64,000 nt of DNA from an uncultured Candidatus Saccharibacteria bacterium (GTDB taxonomy: Bacteria > Patescibacteriota > CPR2 > UBA1875 > CAIMLA01), in NCBI GenBank assembly GCA_964594415.1, contig CAZQLQ010000003.1, positions 6,224 to 70,223 on the forward strand. Direction: 5' to 3'. This document shows, piece after piece, positions 41,380 to 51,556 of this stretch (positions are counted from its first letter, which is position 1; every line of letters starts with the position of its first letter). Under the pieces are notes generated by a model. It saw nothing but the letters and a program-made list of their open reading frames with translations. It had not been told where the DNA came from and did not search any database. A program made the position numbers and the translations under genes.

Positions 41380-43092
41380 ATGAAAAAAGAATATATACAA
41401 ATTGACGGTAAAAAGTATGAGTTCAGGACAGGAGAGTCTGTTCTTCAGGTCGCTATCCGAAATAACATTGATATCCCTCACTTCTGCTATCATGAAGATC
41501 TGCAGACAGAGGCACGATGCAGAGCTTGTTTAGTCGAAAACCTAAAAGACAATAAAATTGTTACTTCCTGTACCCTACCTGCCAGGCATTTATTAAAAGT
41601 TTCGACAAAAGGAAAAACGTTAGAAAAATTAAGAAAAGAAAACCTAGAATTACTTCTTGCCAGCCATAAAGAAAATTGCTCCAATTGCAAGGCTGGATAC
41701 TTCTGCAAAACAGCAGAGGAAATGAAGAAATACAAAATCTCAGGAACAAAGTATAAAAAACAAAAAATTAATAAACCAGTTCATAAGATGGCGACTGCTG
41801 CAGAAATAGATCCAAATACCTGTATCGCCTGCAATAAATGCGTACAAGTATGCCAAAGAGTTGGCATAGGCTTCCTTGAATTAAAGGAAAAGGGATCGCA
41901 TACACATTCTAGCTATAACGATAACGCGAGTATTGATTGTATATATTGCGGACAGTGCACACTACATTGTCCCGTAAATGCAGCCCGTGAACAGTCTCAA
42001 ATAAAAGAAGTCGAGGCAGCAATAAAGGATAAGAAAAAAATAGTAATCGCCCAAGCGGCCCCCTCTATCCGTGCTTCTATCGGGGAAGAATTTGGGTGCA
42101 AACCAGGAAAAGTACTCACAGGACAGATGTATACCGCTATGAGAATGCTGGGCTTTGATAAAATCTTTGATGTTAATATGGGTGCAGATATTACAACCAT
42201 CGTTGAGGCAAAAGAGCTTGTTGAAAGAATAAAGACAGGTAAAAATCTGCCAATGTTTACTTCTTGTTGCCCGGGATGGGTAAAATTTGTTGAATTTTAT
42301 CACCCTGAATTAATCCCAAATCTGACTACCTCAAGGTCCCCCCAAATTCATGCAGGTGCTGCATATAAAACATGGTGGGCAAAAAAGGAGAATATAGATC
42401 CCAAAAACATAGTAGTAGTTTCTATCATGCCTTGCACTTCAAAAAAATATGAAGCAAAAAATCCAGATTTGAAGGTTGAAGGAAATTTTCCCGTTGATTA
42501 TGTCCTCACAACCCGTGAATTCGCATCATTGCTTAAGAAGAATAATATCAATTTGCCAAAACTAACTCCTAGCAAGGTTGATATTTATGGTGAATATTCA
42601 GGCGCTGCTGCTATTTATGGGGCATCCGGAGGCGTAATGGAGTCAGCTCTTAGAACTGCTTACTTTGATATGACCAGAGATGAACTGAAAAAAGTTGACT
42701 TTGAAACCGTAAGAGGAATGGATGGCATTAAAAAAGCTGAAGTAAAAATTGGGAACAGAACCATCAAAGTAGCTGTCGTGACGACACCCAAAAACGCTCG
42801 CTTAATTATCGGGGAACTAAAAGAAAACCCGAAGGCCTATGACTATATAGAAGTCATGGCTTGCCCTGGAGGTTGTATCGGTGGGGGTGGACAGCCTATT
42901 CCTACTACTGACAAGATTGTTATGGAAAGAATAAAAGCCCTTTACCAAATTGACTCCAAATCTAAGATTAGAAAAGCACACCTCAATCCGGTAGTTGAAG
43001 ATTTTTTCAGGGATTATGTCGGTAAACTGCCCAGGGAAAAACAGATCGAAATTCTTTACAGAGGATACTCACCAAAGAAAAAATTTGAATAG
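41380..43092 (+). CDS. hydA: Group A [FeFe]-hydrogenase catalytic subunit
   Basis: H-cluster motifs TSCCPGW, MPCTSKKYE, EVMACPGGCIGGGGQP; N-terminal 2Fe-2S, His-ligated 4Fe-4S and 2x4Fe-4S motifs. Confidence 0.96.
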   Translation: MKKEYIQIDGKKYEFRTGESVLQVAIRNNIDIPHFCYHEDLQTEARCRACLVENLKDNKIVTSCTLPARHLLKVSTKGKTLEKLRKENLELLLASHKENCSNCKAGYFCKTAEEMKKYKISGTKYKKQKINKPVHKMATAAEIDPNTCIACNKCVQVCQRVGIGFLELKEKGSHTHSSYNDNASIDCIYCGQCTLHCPVNAAREQSQIKEVEAAIKDKKKIVIAQAAPSIRASIGEEFGCKPGKVLTGQMYTAMRMLGFDKIFDVNMGADITTIVEAKELVERIKTGKNLPMFTSCCPGWVKFVEFYHPELIPNLTTSRSPQIHAGAAYKTWWAKKENIDPKNIVVVSIMPCTSKKYEAKNPDLKVEGNFPVDYVLTTREFASLLKKNNINLPKLTPSKVDIYGEYSGAAAIYGASGGVMESALRTAYFDMTRDELKKVDFETVRGMDGIKKAEVKIGNRTIKVAVVTTPKNARLIIGELKENPKAYDYIEVMACPGGCIGGGGQPIPTTDKIVMERIKALYQIDSKSKIRKAHLNPVVEDFFRDYVGKLPREKQIEILYRGYSPKKKFE

Positions 43093-43140
43093 CAAAAACG
43101 ACAATTGGAAAGTTTGAATAAATTACTTTTTCCAACATCA

Positions 43141-43166
43141 AAAAAACCGGCCGAAAGGCCGGTTTT
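43141..43166. terminator. Bidirectional terminator between hydA and hppA
   Basis: aaaaaaccggcc-gaaa-ggccggtttt. Confidence 0.85.
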
Positions 43167-43184
43167 ATAATATTTACCCTTATT

Positions 43185-45248
43185 TTATATGGCTATAAGC
43201 CCCACAAGGAGTAAGGCAACAATGTTTAAGATTTTGATCATTGGATTTATAGCAGGACCAGCAGTGTCTTTGTAAGGATCGCCAACAGTATCTCCTGTTA
43301 CTGCGGCCTGGTGAGCAAAAGAACCCTTTCCTCCATAATTCCCTTCTTCGATATATTTCTTTGCATTGTCCCAAGCCCCACCGCCTGAGGTCATTGAAAT
43401 TGCAACAAATATACCAGTTACTATAGATCCTACGAGGAGTCCGCCCATCATTTTAGCACCGGCTTCGACCCCAATAAATCTACCGATAATTACAACTACC
43501 ACCGGAGCAAGAACAGGGATAAGTGCAGGAACAATCATCTGACTAATTGCAGATTGTGTAACAATATCAACACATTTTCCATATTCAGGTTTTTCTTTTC
43601 CGCTCATTATTCCTTTGATTTCCTTGAACTGCCTTCTAACTTCTTCAACTACAGAACCAGCTGCCTTCCCGACAGCTTCCATCGAAAGTGCGCCAAATAC
43701 GTAAGGAAGCATCCCCCCAAAAAACAAGCCGACAAGCACATAGGGGTCTGATAAATTAAATTGGATATCCACCCCTTTCTTAACCAATTCTTCTACAAAA
43801 GCCGAGAAAAGTACTATTGCAGCAAGGCCGGCTGAAGCAATAGCATAACCCTTAGTAACAGCCTTTGTAGTATTGCCTACCGCATCAAGTGGATCGGTAA
43901 TGTCTCTAACTTCTTTAGGAAGTTCAGCCATTTCTGCTATACCACCCGCATTATCAGTAATAGGACCATAGGCATCAATCGCAATTATTATTCCAGCCAT
44001 TGAAAGCATACTCATTGCCGCAATCGCAACTCCATAAACCTCCGCCATCGTGTAAGCTATTAAAATACCAATACCGATCAAAATAACTGGATAAGCAGTA
44101 GATTTCATACTAACTGCAAGGCCTGTAATTATATTTGTGCCGTGACCACTTTCTGAGGACTTGGCAATTGACCTTACCGGTGCGTACTTGGTAGAAGTAA
44201 AATACTCGGTAATTATTACCATTCCAGCTGTAACTACCAACCCCACAAGAGTACAGATGAAAATATCTCTGGTAGCATAGGTGTCATTTCCGTCCATCAT
44301 ATTAAAAGTAATGAAATAAAAAACGACAGCCGAAAGAACAGCTGATGCCCCAAGTCCCTTGTAAAGAGCGTTCATTATGTTTTTATCTTTTCCAAGTTTG
44401 ATGAAATAAACCCCGATAATAGAAGCAACTATAGAAGCACCGCCAAGTACTAATGGATACAAAATTGCATTTTCATAATTTGGCATGATCTGGCTTGCAA
44501 GCAGAATTGCTGCAACTGCAGTAACTGCATAGGTTTCAAAAAGATCTGCGGCCATACCGGCACAATCACCAACATTATCACCAACGTTGTCAGCAATAAC
44601 AGCTGGGTTGCGAGGATCGTCCTCAGGAATACCAGCTTCGATTTTACCAACGAGATCAGCCCCTACGTCAGCTCCTTTTGTAAATATTCCCCCGCCAAGT
44701 CTAGCAAATATAGATATAAGGCTTCCACCAAAACCAAGTCCAACTAAAGCTCCTACGCTTTTAGTCGGATCCCATGTTTCCGAAGCCATAAGTAGCGCTA
44801 AAAATCCCGAAACTACCAAAAGAGCTAGACCAACAACCATAAAGCCTGTTACCGTCCCGCCCTTCACGGCAACATCAAGAGCTTTTTTCATTCCGTGCCT
44901 TGCGGCTTCGGCAGTCCTTACGTTTGCCTTTACTGAAACATTCATCCCGATATATCCCGCCAAGGCAGAAGCAGCTGCACCCAACAAAAAACCAAATGCA
45001 GTATATTGCCCAATTTCTGTCTTGAATCCTAAAGCAAATAAAAGTACGGCAAACACAGCTACCGCAACATAAAAGATAGTTCTGTATTGTCTATTCAGAT
45101 AAGCTTTTGCACCTTCCTGAATTGCTGAAGCTATTTGCTTCATTTTTTCGTTTCCTTCGTCCTGTTTTAGCACCCATAGGATCAGATAAACCCCATATAG
45201 GATAGCAAGGACCGAAGACAAGAGAGCATAGATCAAATAATAACTCAT
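43185..45248 (-). CDS. hppA: Membrane-bound pyrophosphatase, K+-independent H+-pumping signature
   Basis: [20 protein letters not shown] and [10 protein letters not shown] motifs; GNTTKA (Lys at the K+-dependence position). Confidence 0.95.
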   Translation of the reverse strand: MSYYLIYALLSSVLAILYGVYLILWVLKQDEGNEKMKQIASAIQEGAKAYLNRQYRTIFYVAVAVFAVLLFALGFKTEIGQYTAFGFLLGAAASALAGYIGMNVSVKANVRTAEAARHGMKKALDVAVKGGTVTGFMVVGLALLVVSGFLALLMASETWDPTKSVGALVGLGFGGSLISIFARLGGGIFTKGADVGADLVGKIEAGIPEDDPRNPAVIADNVGDNVGDCAGMAADLFETYAVTAVAAILLASQIMPNYENAILYPLVLGGASIVASIIGVYFIKLGKDKNIMNALYKGLGASAVLSAVVFYFITFNMMDGNDTYATRDIFICTLVGLVVTAGMVIITEYFTSTKYAPVRSIAKSSESGHGTNIITGLAVSMKSTAYPVILIGIGILIAYTMAEVYGVAIAAMSMLSMAGIIIAIDAYGPITDNAGGIAEMAELPKEVRDITDPLDAVGNTTKAVTKGYAIASAGLAAIVLFSAFVEELVKKGVDIQFNLSDPYVLVGLFFGGMLPYVFGALSMEAVGKAAGSVVEEVRRQFKEIKGIMSGKEKPEYGKCVDIVTQSAISQMIVPALIPVLAPVVVVIIGRFIGVEAGAKMMGGLLVGSIVTGIFVAISMTSGGGAWDNAKKYIEEGNYGGKGSFAHQAAVTGDTVGDPYKDTAGPAINPMIKILNIVALLLVGLIAI

Positions 45249-45462
45249 AATTTCTACTCCTTTTAGTTAATAACTTAAACTTTATAAAAAAATGGAGGCC
45301 TCACTCCAAAGGTAATTTTAGCATAAACCGCTACAAAAAGCTATAAAAATTTTTTTTCTCGTCATTGCTGGTGACAATTCAAGAATCTAGCAAGAAAAAC
45401 AAGAATTTTAAATAACTAAAACTAATTTAAATTTCAATAAGGCTTTGAGCAGTTTGCTTTCA

Positions 45463-45494
45463 GGGTCCCCGAAAAATTTATATTTTTTGGGGTG
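45463..45494. repeat. GGGTCCCC-type palindromic element, copy 2
   Basis: gggtccccgaaaaatttatattttttggggtg. Confidence 0.6.
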
Positions 45495-45496
45495 TT

Positions 45497-47230
45497 TTAA
45501 TGCGGGTATTTATCGGGCGAGTCATATTTTGATGTAAATCTATCATTATCAGTTAACTTCCCTAAAGAATCATAAATATGCCGATAAAATAACGCTGTAA
45601 AAGAATTATTCCCTCTCAATCCGTAATCATAAATATAAGGCGTTACGTTCTCAACAAGATCAACTGCCCCTGTTGCGTTTTGATTCCCAGAAAATTTAAC
45701 AGTTCTTGCAACTTTTGTACCATAAAAATCAAAGTACAATCTAGTCCCTACCACTCTAGTCTGAATTAATATGTAATGTCCTGTATCATTTTTGAATTTC
45801 AGATCTGGGCTAGGTATATAGATTGTCGCATCTGTACCATACGGCTTATAGTATGTTACAGGATAGGCATGCGCCCTGCGTTCAACTATAGGTAGCCCCG
45901 CGTTCAGTGCTGCCCGAAAAGCGGTTGAGGAAACTTGACACAGTCCGCCTCCGTATTCAGGAACAGTCTTGTCGTCCAATATTACTAGTTCGGGGAGGTA
46001 TCCCGTAGAAGCATCCACTGCCCCAAGCGTTTCTACAAATGAAAATTCCTCGTCGGGCTTTATCAAAATACCATTAAATTTAGATGCGCCATTTTTTACG
46101 TTATGAATTCTGTTTTTTGGCGAACCTGCAAAGTTCGACCATCCAGTTGAAATAAGTTCGGTTATACCAAGATTATTCAAACTGCCTTCAGTTACTTCAG
46201 GGTCATCTGCGTCTATCTTCAATACAATCTCTTTATGCTCGTTCAGTGCAGATTCTTTGATTTTTAACAGTGTATCAGCAATGTCCAGCGTATATCCGAC
46301 TTGCGAGGGGACAAAAACCGTTGCTTTCCCGTTCGCGATAGTCAGCTCGGCGTTTATTCCCACTTGATTTACCTTGCTTGCAACTGTATTCTCTAACCAA
46401 TTAATAATTTTTGCGTTATCAAAATAGTCATATTCATCTTCTTTATCAGAAAAATACTTGGGAAGTCTAATATCGCTTCCTATTTCCTGATTAGAAATTT
46501 TCATCCAGCCTTTGAGCGTGTTTATATCAATAACAAAATCTCCCCTGGATGATTTTAAAGTAATTTCCTTGCCTACAATCTGTTCAGTTATCGCCAGAAT
46601 GTTTTCTAATTCTTTACTTGTAATCACTGGCGTAATAGTTTTTGTTTTAAGTGATATATTCCCGTCAAAGTTTGACAAGCCTCTAGCCAGCTCCTCACGA
46701 CTGTTAGCGAGCAATAGGATCTTTCCATTTTTTTCGGTAATTATCTTTGAAGTGCCATCAAACTTGATGCTAGCGTTTACGGGCAAAACCCGATTTTTCT
46801 CAGACTCATTAAGTAGCAGTTTCGAGATTGCTTCCGTATTTATTTCCACTACAGCACTGTGTTCCTGCCTAAAAATTGGCCTGAGTGTCAAGTATCCCAA
46901 CCTTTGCTTTAATAAAGCTTCGCTATATGTTTTATCGACATCAAATGAAGTTACGAGATCTTTTACTGGGTATTTCCCGGTACCGACAATAACTGTGGAG
47001 TTCTGATACTCTAACCATCTTTTATTCAATAGCTCCTTTGCTGATTTTTCACTTTTAAAATCACAGTTTATTCCAGCAATTTTTACTAGTCCAAGTGTGT
47101 TATAAAAAATTAATGATTCCAAAAAAATCACAAAGATATAAGCACCGAAAAAAAAGCCAAACATTTTTACTATCTGTTTGGCAAGTTTATGTCTTCGTAA
47201 TTCTTCTTTTTTTTCTTCCTTTTTCCCCAT
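45497..47230 (-). CDS. VanW-family protein with PG-binding-4-like region
   Basis: R..N...GGGLCQVSSTAFRAAL.AGLPI.ER..H...G.DAT...DLKFKN motif. Confidence 0.92.
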   Translation of the reverse strand: MGKKEEKKEELRRHKLAKQIVKMFGFFFGAYIFVIFLESLIFYNTLGLVKIAGINCDFKSEKSAKELLNKRWLEYQNSTVIVGTGKYPVKDLVTSFDVDKTYSEALLKQRLGYLTLRPIFRQEHSAVVEINTEAISKLLLNESEKNRVLPVNASIKFDGTSKIITEKNGKILLLANSREELARGLSNFDGNISLKTKTITPVITSKELENILAITEQIVGKEITLKSSRGDFVIDINTLKGWMKISNQEIGSDIRLPKYFSDKEDEYDYFDNAKIINWLENTVASKVNQVGINAELTIANGKATVFVPSQVGYTLDIADTLLKIKESALNEHKEIVLKIDADDPEVTEGSLNNLGITELISTGWSNFAGSPKNRIHNVKNGASKFNGILIKPDEEFSFVETLGAVDASTGYLPELVILDDKTVPEYGGGLCQVSSTAFRAALNAGLPIVERRAHAYPVTYYKPYGTDATIYIPSPDLKFKNDTGHYILIQTRVVGTRLYFDFYGTKVARTVKFSGNQNATGAVDLVENVTPYIYDYGLRGNNSFTALFYRHIYDSLGKLTDNDRFTSKYDSPDKYPH

Positions 47231-47452
47231 TTATTCTTTCTTCAGTATCTCATTTAGAATAGCCTTCGCCAATTCTTCTCTTTCTTTTTCTGCATCTTTA
47301 TCATTTAGAGCACTTAAAACTAAACAACCACCCTCATGAGAACCTGTAGGGAGATTTTTCTTTGGCCAAAGTATTTCATTTCCATCATATCTCAAAACGG
47401 CGAAATCACCCTCAATTCGATCAATAACAACCCTAAGAACTGTTTTTTTCAT
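47231..47452 (-). CDS. DUF3006 protein
   Basis: IDRIEGDFAVL...P...LP...EG motif. Confidence 0.85.
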   Translation of the reverse strand: MKKTVLRVVIDRIEGDFAVLRYDGNEILWPKKNLPTGSHEGGCLVLSALNDKDAEKEREELAKAILNEILKKE

Positions 47453-47485
47453 AAAAAATCTCCTTTTCTAGGTAGATTTTATACG

Positions 47486-48217
47486 AAAACCAGCCCAAAG
47501 TCACGAGAAAAGGAATATTATTTGAAAGTTACATATAAAAAAATTAGAGTTAACAAGAATAAAAAAGTTACTAGATATCTAGCAACTTTATATGCTTTTT
47601 CAATTTCTTTGTTACTTCCTTGTTTACAAGGCTGCTTTTTTGTTGAGCGAAAAAAGAATATATTTATTATTGATGCTATTAACGAAGGAACGCCAAAAAT
47701 TAAATAATAAATCCCATATATATAACCTACCAATCCGGACCAGTCACCAAAGCTAGCACATATCTTTATAAAAACTAAAAGAATAAGTAGAATCAGGACA
47801 TTTAAGACCAAAGACAAATAAACTGCATGCTTGATTTTTTCTTCATGTCTTTCATATAAGTAAGTTTCTAAAAGAGTCATAACAATAAATACAGCAATAG
47901 CACAATAAATCAATAATGACGAATCCATTTCAATAACTGGACATATGAAATTGATGGCTACAAAATAAATCGAGATAAAAGAAATTCCAAATAAACCGGA
48001 AGAAACTAACTTAGCCCAACTAAAATTAGCAGTTTTTCTTTTTTTATTTAATTTTGTTTTGCTCATCTTCCATCTTCCCTCCTCATAAGCAAATTTTACA
48101 CAAAAACCAGCCCAAAGTCACGAGAAAAGGAATATTATTTGAAAGTTACATATAAAAAAATTAGAGTTAACAAGAATAAAAAAGTTACTAGATATCTAGC
48201 AACTTTATATGCTTTTT
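47486..48217. repeat. 115-bp perfect direct repeat (47486-47600 and 48103-48217)
   Basis: Identical by manual comparison; 617-bp offset; contains a gene 3' end plus sequence upstream of the next gene. Confidence 0.92.
47518..48066 (-). CDS. Hypothetical multi-TM membrane protein
   Basis: Lys-rich N-terminus, about 5 TM helices; SD GAGGAGG. Confidence 0.7.
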   Translation of the reverse strand: MSKTKLNKKRKTANFSWAKLVSSGLFGISFISIYFVAINFICPVIEMDSSLLIYCAIAVFIVMTLLETYLYERHEEKIKHAVYLSLVLNVLILLILLVFIKICASFGDWSGLVGYIYGIYYLIFGVPSLIASIINIFFFRSTKKQPCKQGSNKEIEKAYKVARYLVTFLFLLTLIFLYVTFK

Positions 48218-48323
48218 AAATTTATTATTGTCATTCCTTCTGATGCTTCTCTCTCCTTGAGTTTATGAAAATTATATTTATTACAGATTCCGTTTAAGTC
48301 CTACAAACAACTTAATAAATTAT

Positions 48324-48770
48324 TTATTGCCTTATTTTAGTCAATCCTCTCCAACTCATGAAAGAAGAATAAATGAATAACGGGGCAATAATAAAAATTA
48401 CCCTTATATAGTAAGACCATAATATGGAATATATAGTATTATTTAGATTACTAGTATTTACGATTTCATACAGACTCAAAGCAAACACGATTAAATAAAA
48501 AATGAATAAAAGCTTTGAGATAAATACCCTTATTAAAGGATTAAAGATACTAAAAGTAAAAATGAAAAAATTGATTATTAGAAAAATAAAAAATATTAAT
48601 TTTTGTAAGCAACCATACTGATAGAATAAAGAGTACACAAAAGAAGTAGCCATTAATATTGGCACATAAGAAATAACAAAAAAAACCCCTGAATAATTAG
48701 TAACCTTTTTATTTCTTTTCTTTTTTATTTTTATCTTTGAAATATTTTCCACAACAAAATAATAGCACAA
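48324..48770 (-). CDS. Hypothetical multi-TM membrane protein
   Basis: Lys-rich N-terminus like 47518-48066, about 4 TM helices; very AT-rich. Confidence 0.65.
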   Translation of the reverse strand: MCYYFVVENISKIKIKKKRNKKVTNYSGVFFVISYVPILMATSFVYSLFYQYGCLQKLIFFIFLIINFFIFTFSIFNPLIRVFISKLLFIFYLIVFALSLYEIVNTSNLNNTIYSILWSYYIRVIFIIAPLFIYSSFMSWRGLTKIRQ

Positions 48771-48792
48771 GAAAACTTAAAATGTGAGCATC

Positions 48793-51474
48793 TTATCTAT
48801 TATAGAAAAACGTTTTTATCTTCATAATAATATTCAGCGAAAGATCAAATAGTTTTTCAAAGAAATTCCTTTTATTTAAGTCAAGATTCTTATTCACTTC
48901 AACCCTATCTAACTGACAGTAAGATCCTTTTTTCTCGGCATTTGAATCTATAAAACTTCCTAATACTAGTTTCTCATTATTAATATTAGTAGCCTTATTG
49001 CTCGAAAGGGAATCAAAGCTGCTCTGTATTCCATTTGCTTTATTGCTTACTTCGCTATACCCAATCACTGTGTTTTTGTTTATATTAGTCTGCCTGATAA
49101 ATTGATTTTCCTTGTTCAATAGAAACTCAAGGCTTTCTTCTTCGCCAAATACAGCTATTCCTTTGTACAAAGAAGTATAATATTCATTATTAACTTCATT
49201 CATAAAAATACTTTCCATTTGATAGTCCCCATTATTGGTACCAATTAACACAACCTTGTAGACACCACTAAGAGGATTTGGAATTAATACAAATTCAGGC
49301 TCATTTGGATCATTACCAGAATAATATGCATTAGCTATTTCATTGTAAGTACTCTTTTCGTTAAAATTTGAACCAATCTTTTCGCCGTCAGGTGACAATA
49401 TATAAAAGTCTATTGGCGAATGAGCAATAAACATTACCGCTTCATGGATAGGCTTTAGTGAACAAGTCGCCTCCTTAACCACCCCTAGCTCTTTTAAAAT
49501 TAAATTAATTGATTTACTTGGCAATTCACCATGGGTAACATTTTCTAAAACTATATTTTTATTAAAAAAATAATTATTTGAATTAAATGGCACCGTGTCA
49601 TCTCCTTTACCGTACAGAACTCCTTTTGCTTTATTTTTAGAATAATAGTCTATAGGTTCCCCGTTTTCCCACAAAGGACTTTTATTACTTTTGCTTAAAC
49701 TCAAAACGAAGCCAGTGGTAGTATTATTACTATTATCTCCTATAATATTAGTAACTCTAATCTTTCGTTTTATTATAGTGCTTTTTGTATTGTCTAATTG
49801 CTCAAGAAATGCATTTGTCGGGTATAAGTCAGGATATTTCAATAGTGCTTCTCCATTATTGAACTTTAAGTAGTCAAAGATAGGAAGCAACTGAGGAAGT
49901 GAATCAATTCTATCTCTTATATAATAAAATAATTTATTTTTACCAGAGTATCCTTTAATATCAGCTTCCTCATAAAGTATTGCCTGTAAAACAGTACCTG
50001 TATTTCCTCCCATAAACTTCACGTCTCCTGCCTCCCATATTGGATAAGCTTTTGGAGCTCCAAGATGTGGAGTTCCGAGAAATATTATCTGATCTATATC
50101 GTTTTCATAATAATTGCTTTGTGCATAACTTCTAGTTACAAGTCCGCCCATACTATGAGCCACTATATCAACTTTTCTTGATCCAGTTATTCTTTTGACT
50201 TCGTCTATTTTTATTTTTAATAACTTTGCTGTTTCAGAATTATCGTTCCTCCAATTATAAGGGAAAACAAAAAGCATCTTGTCTTTCTCAAAACCGTTTC
50301 TATCTAGAGAATCTATTAGGCCATCATAAGTATCAAATATAGGATCTAGCTGTAGGCCCGATAACGGGTGAAGCGGATCGTGATAGCTCCCAAGTAAGCC
50401 AGGGACTATAATCACAGGATGCTTTTTAAGATATTCTGGATAAGCCGCAATCTCTCCGCTCTTCCATACGCCCTTAAGCCAGTTTGGATTTGGAGACCAA
50501 AGGAAGATATCTCCCGTTGAGATCGAAATATTACTAGAGTAATCGGGGGCTTTTACTGATTCCCACGACACCCCTCCATCTATGGAAAAATAAACTCTTT
50601 TATTTGCATTATACAACCCACCAGATAGAATTATCAGATTATTCTCTTCATCAGGGTTTTGAATAGCTGTATAAAAATAGTTTGGCTCATATCCAACACC
50701 TGTTTTTACAGATTTAAAAACGGACCATGTAAAACCATTGTTTTCGCTACAAGCAAAACCACCTAAACTGGTAGCACATATTTTGTTCTGGTTATTTTTA
50801 AAGAATATCATTGACGTAAGACCGGAGAGGGTGGCCTTTTCACCATCTAGTTTTTCCCACGATTTACCATCATCTATACTTCTATAAAGCCCAGGACTCT
50901 TAGTATTGTCTCCTGATTTTGATATATATAAATTTGAACTGTTTTCATCAAGAAATGCACTCATATAAGAGCTTCTTCCGGGCAAAGTTAAATTGCTCCA
51001 AAATATTCCGTCAGTTGAATAACAAATATTATTTAGATATACAACAAAGATTGAACCCGATTTATTTATCAAAATTTTGTCAATCGCTGTCTTCGGGGCA
51101 TTGCCTTCAATTCTTTTGAATGTTTTTGCATTATCATTTGAACGGTAAATTCCATTTGAACAAGCAGCCCAAAACTCATTATATATATTAGGACTTTTTA
51201 TAAACTGATTACAGTATCCAGTAGAGGGACTCATAGTAGCTTGAGACCAAGATCCTCCTCCGCTCTCAGTAATAAAAACTTTTCCTGCGTCTTCTGAGCC
51301 ATTAAGACTTAGTATCATTTTTTGGTTATCATTTGGATTAACATAAAAAGATCTGACATTTTTTGTGCCAAATCCAATTGATCCCCATTCAGCTGCAAAA
51401 GCCTTGTTTGGAATAATCACTATATAAAAAGCTACTAGAATTAGTAGCCACCCGACTTTTTTTATTCTGTCCAT
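48793..51474 (-). CDS. Secreted alpha/beta hydrolase (LCAT/PGAP1-like lipase) with N-terminal BNR/Asp-box propeller
   Basis: Signal peptide ending AFA; S.D.G..W repeats; PVIIVPG..GS, FPYNWR, AHSMGG, LGTPHLGA, GDDTVP and H motifs. Confidence 0.88.
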   Translation of the reverse strand: MDRIKKVGWLLILVAFYIVIIPNKAFAAEWGSIGFGTKNVRSFYVNPNDNQKMILSLNGSEDAGKVFITESGGGSWSQATMSPSTGYCNQFIKSPNIYNEFWAACSNGIYRSNDNAKTFKRIEGNAPKTAIDKILINKSGSIFVVYLNNICYSTDGIFWSNLTLPGRSSYMSAFLDENSSNLYISKSGDNTKSPGLYRSIDDGKSWEKLDGEKATLSGLTSMIFFKNNQNKICATSLGGFACSENNGFTWSVFKSVKTGVGYEPNYFYTAIQNPDEENNLIILSGGLYNANKRVYFSIDGGVSWESVKAPDYSSNISISTGDIFLWSPNPNWLKGVWKSGEIAAYPEYLKKHPVIIVPGLLGSYHDPLHPLSGLQLDPIFDTYDGLIDSLDRNGFEKDKMLFVFPYNWRNDNSETAKLLKIKIDEVKRITGSRKVDIVAHSMGGLVTRSYAQSNYYENDIDQIIFLGTPHLGAPKAYPIWEAGDVKFMGGNTGTVLQAILYEEADIKGYSGKNKLFYYIRDRIDSLPQLLPIFDYLKFNNGEALLKYPDLYPTNAFLEQLDNTKSTIIKRKIRVTNIIGDNSNNTTTGFVLSLSKSNKSPLWENGEPIDYYSKNKAKGVLYGKGDDTVPFNSNNYFFNKNIVLENVTHGELPSKSINLILKELGVVKEATCSLKPIHEAVMFIAHSPIDFYILSPDGEKIGSNFNEKSTYNEIANAYYSGNDPNEPEFVLIPNPLSGVYKVVLIGTNNGDYQMESIFMNEVNNEYYTSLYKGIAVFGEEESLEFLLNKENQFIRQTNINKNTVIGYSEVSNKANGIQSSFDSLSSNKATNINNEKLVLGSFIDSNAEKKGSYCQLDRVEVNKNLDLNKRNFFEKLFDLSLNIIMKIKTFFYNR

Positions 51475-51556
51475 ACTTGAGTGTGGATTTTACCTCAAAA
51501 ATCCCTTTGCGTCAATAATTTTTCAGCAAATATTAAGCAAATTCTCAAATTTGAAA

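Noticed and set aside
45250-45320. Fluoride riboswitch upstream of hppA
   Set aside because: No GATGG/GATGA pseudoknot consensus; only a 5-bp hairpin is present.
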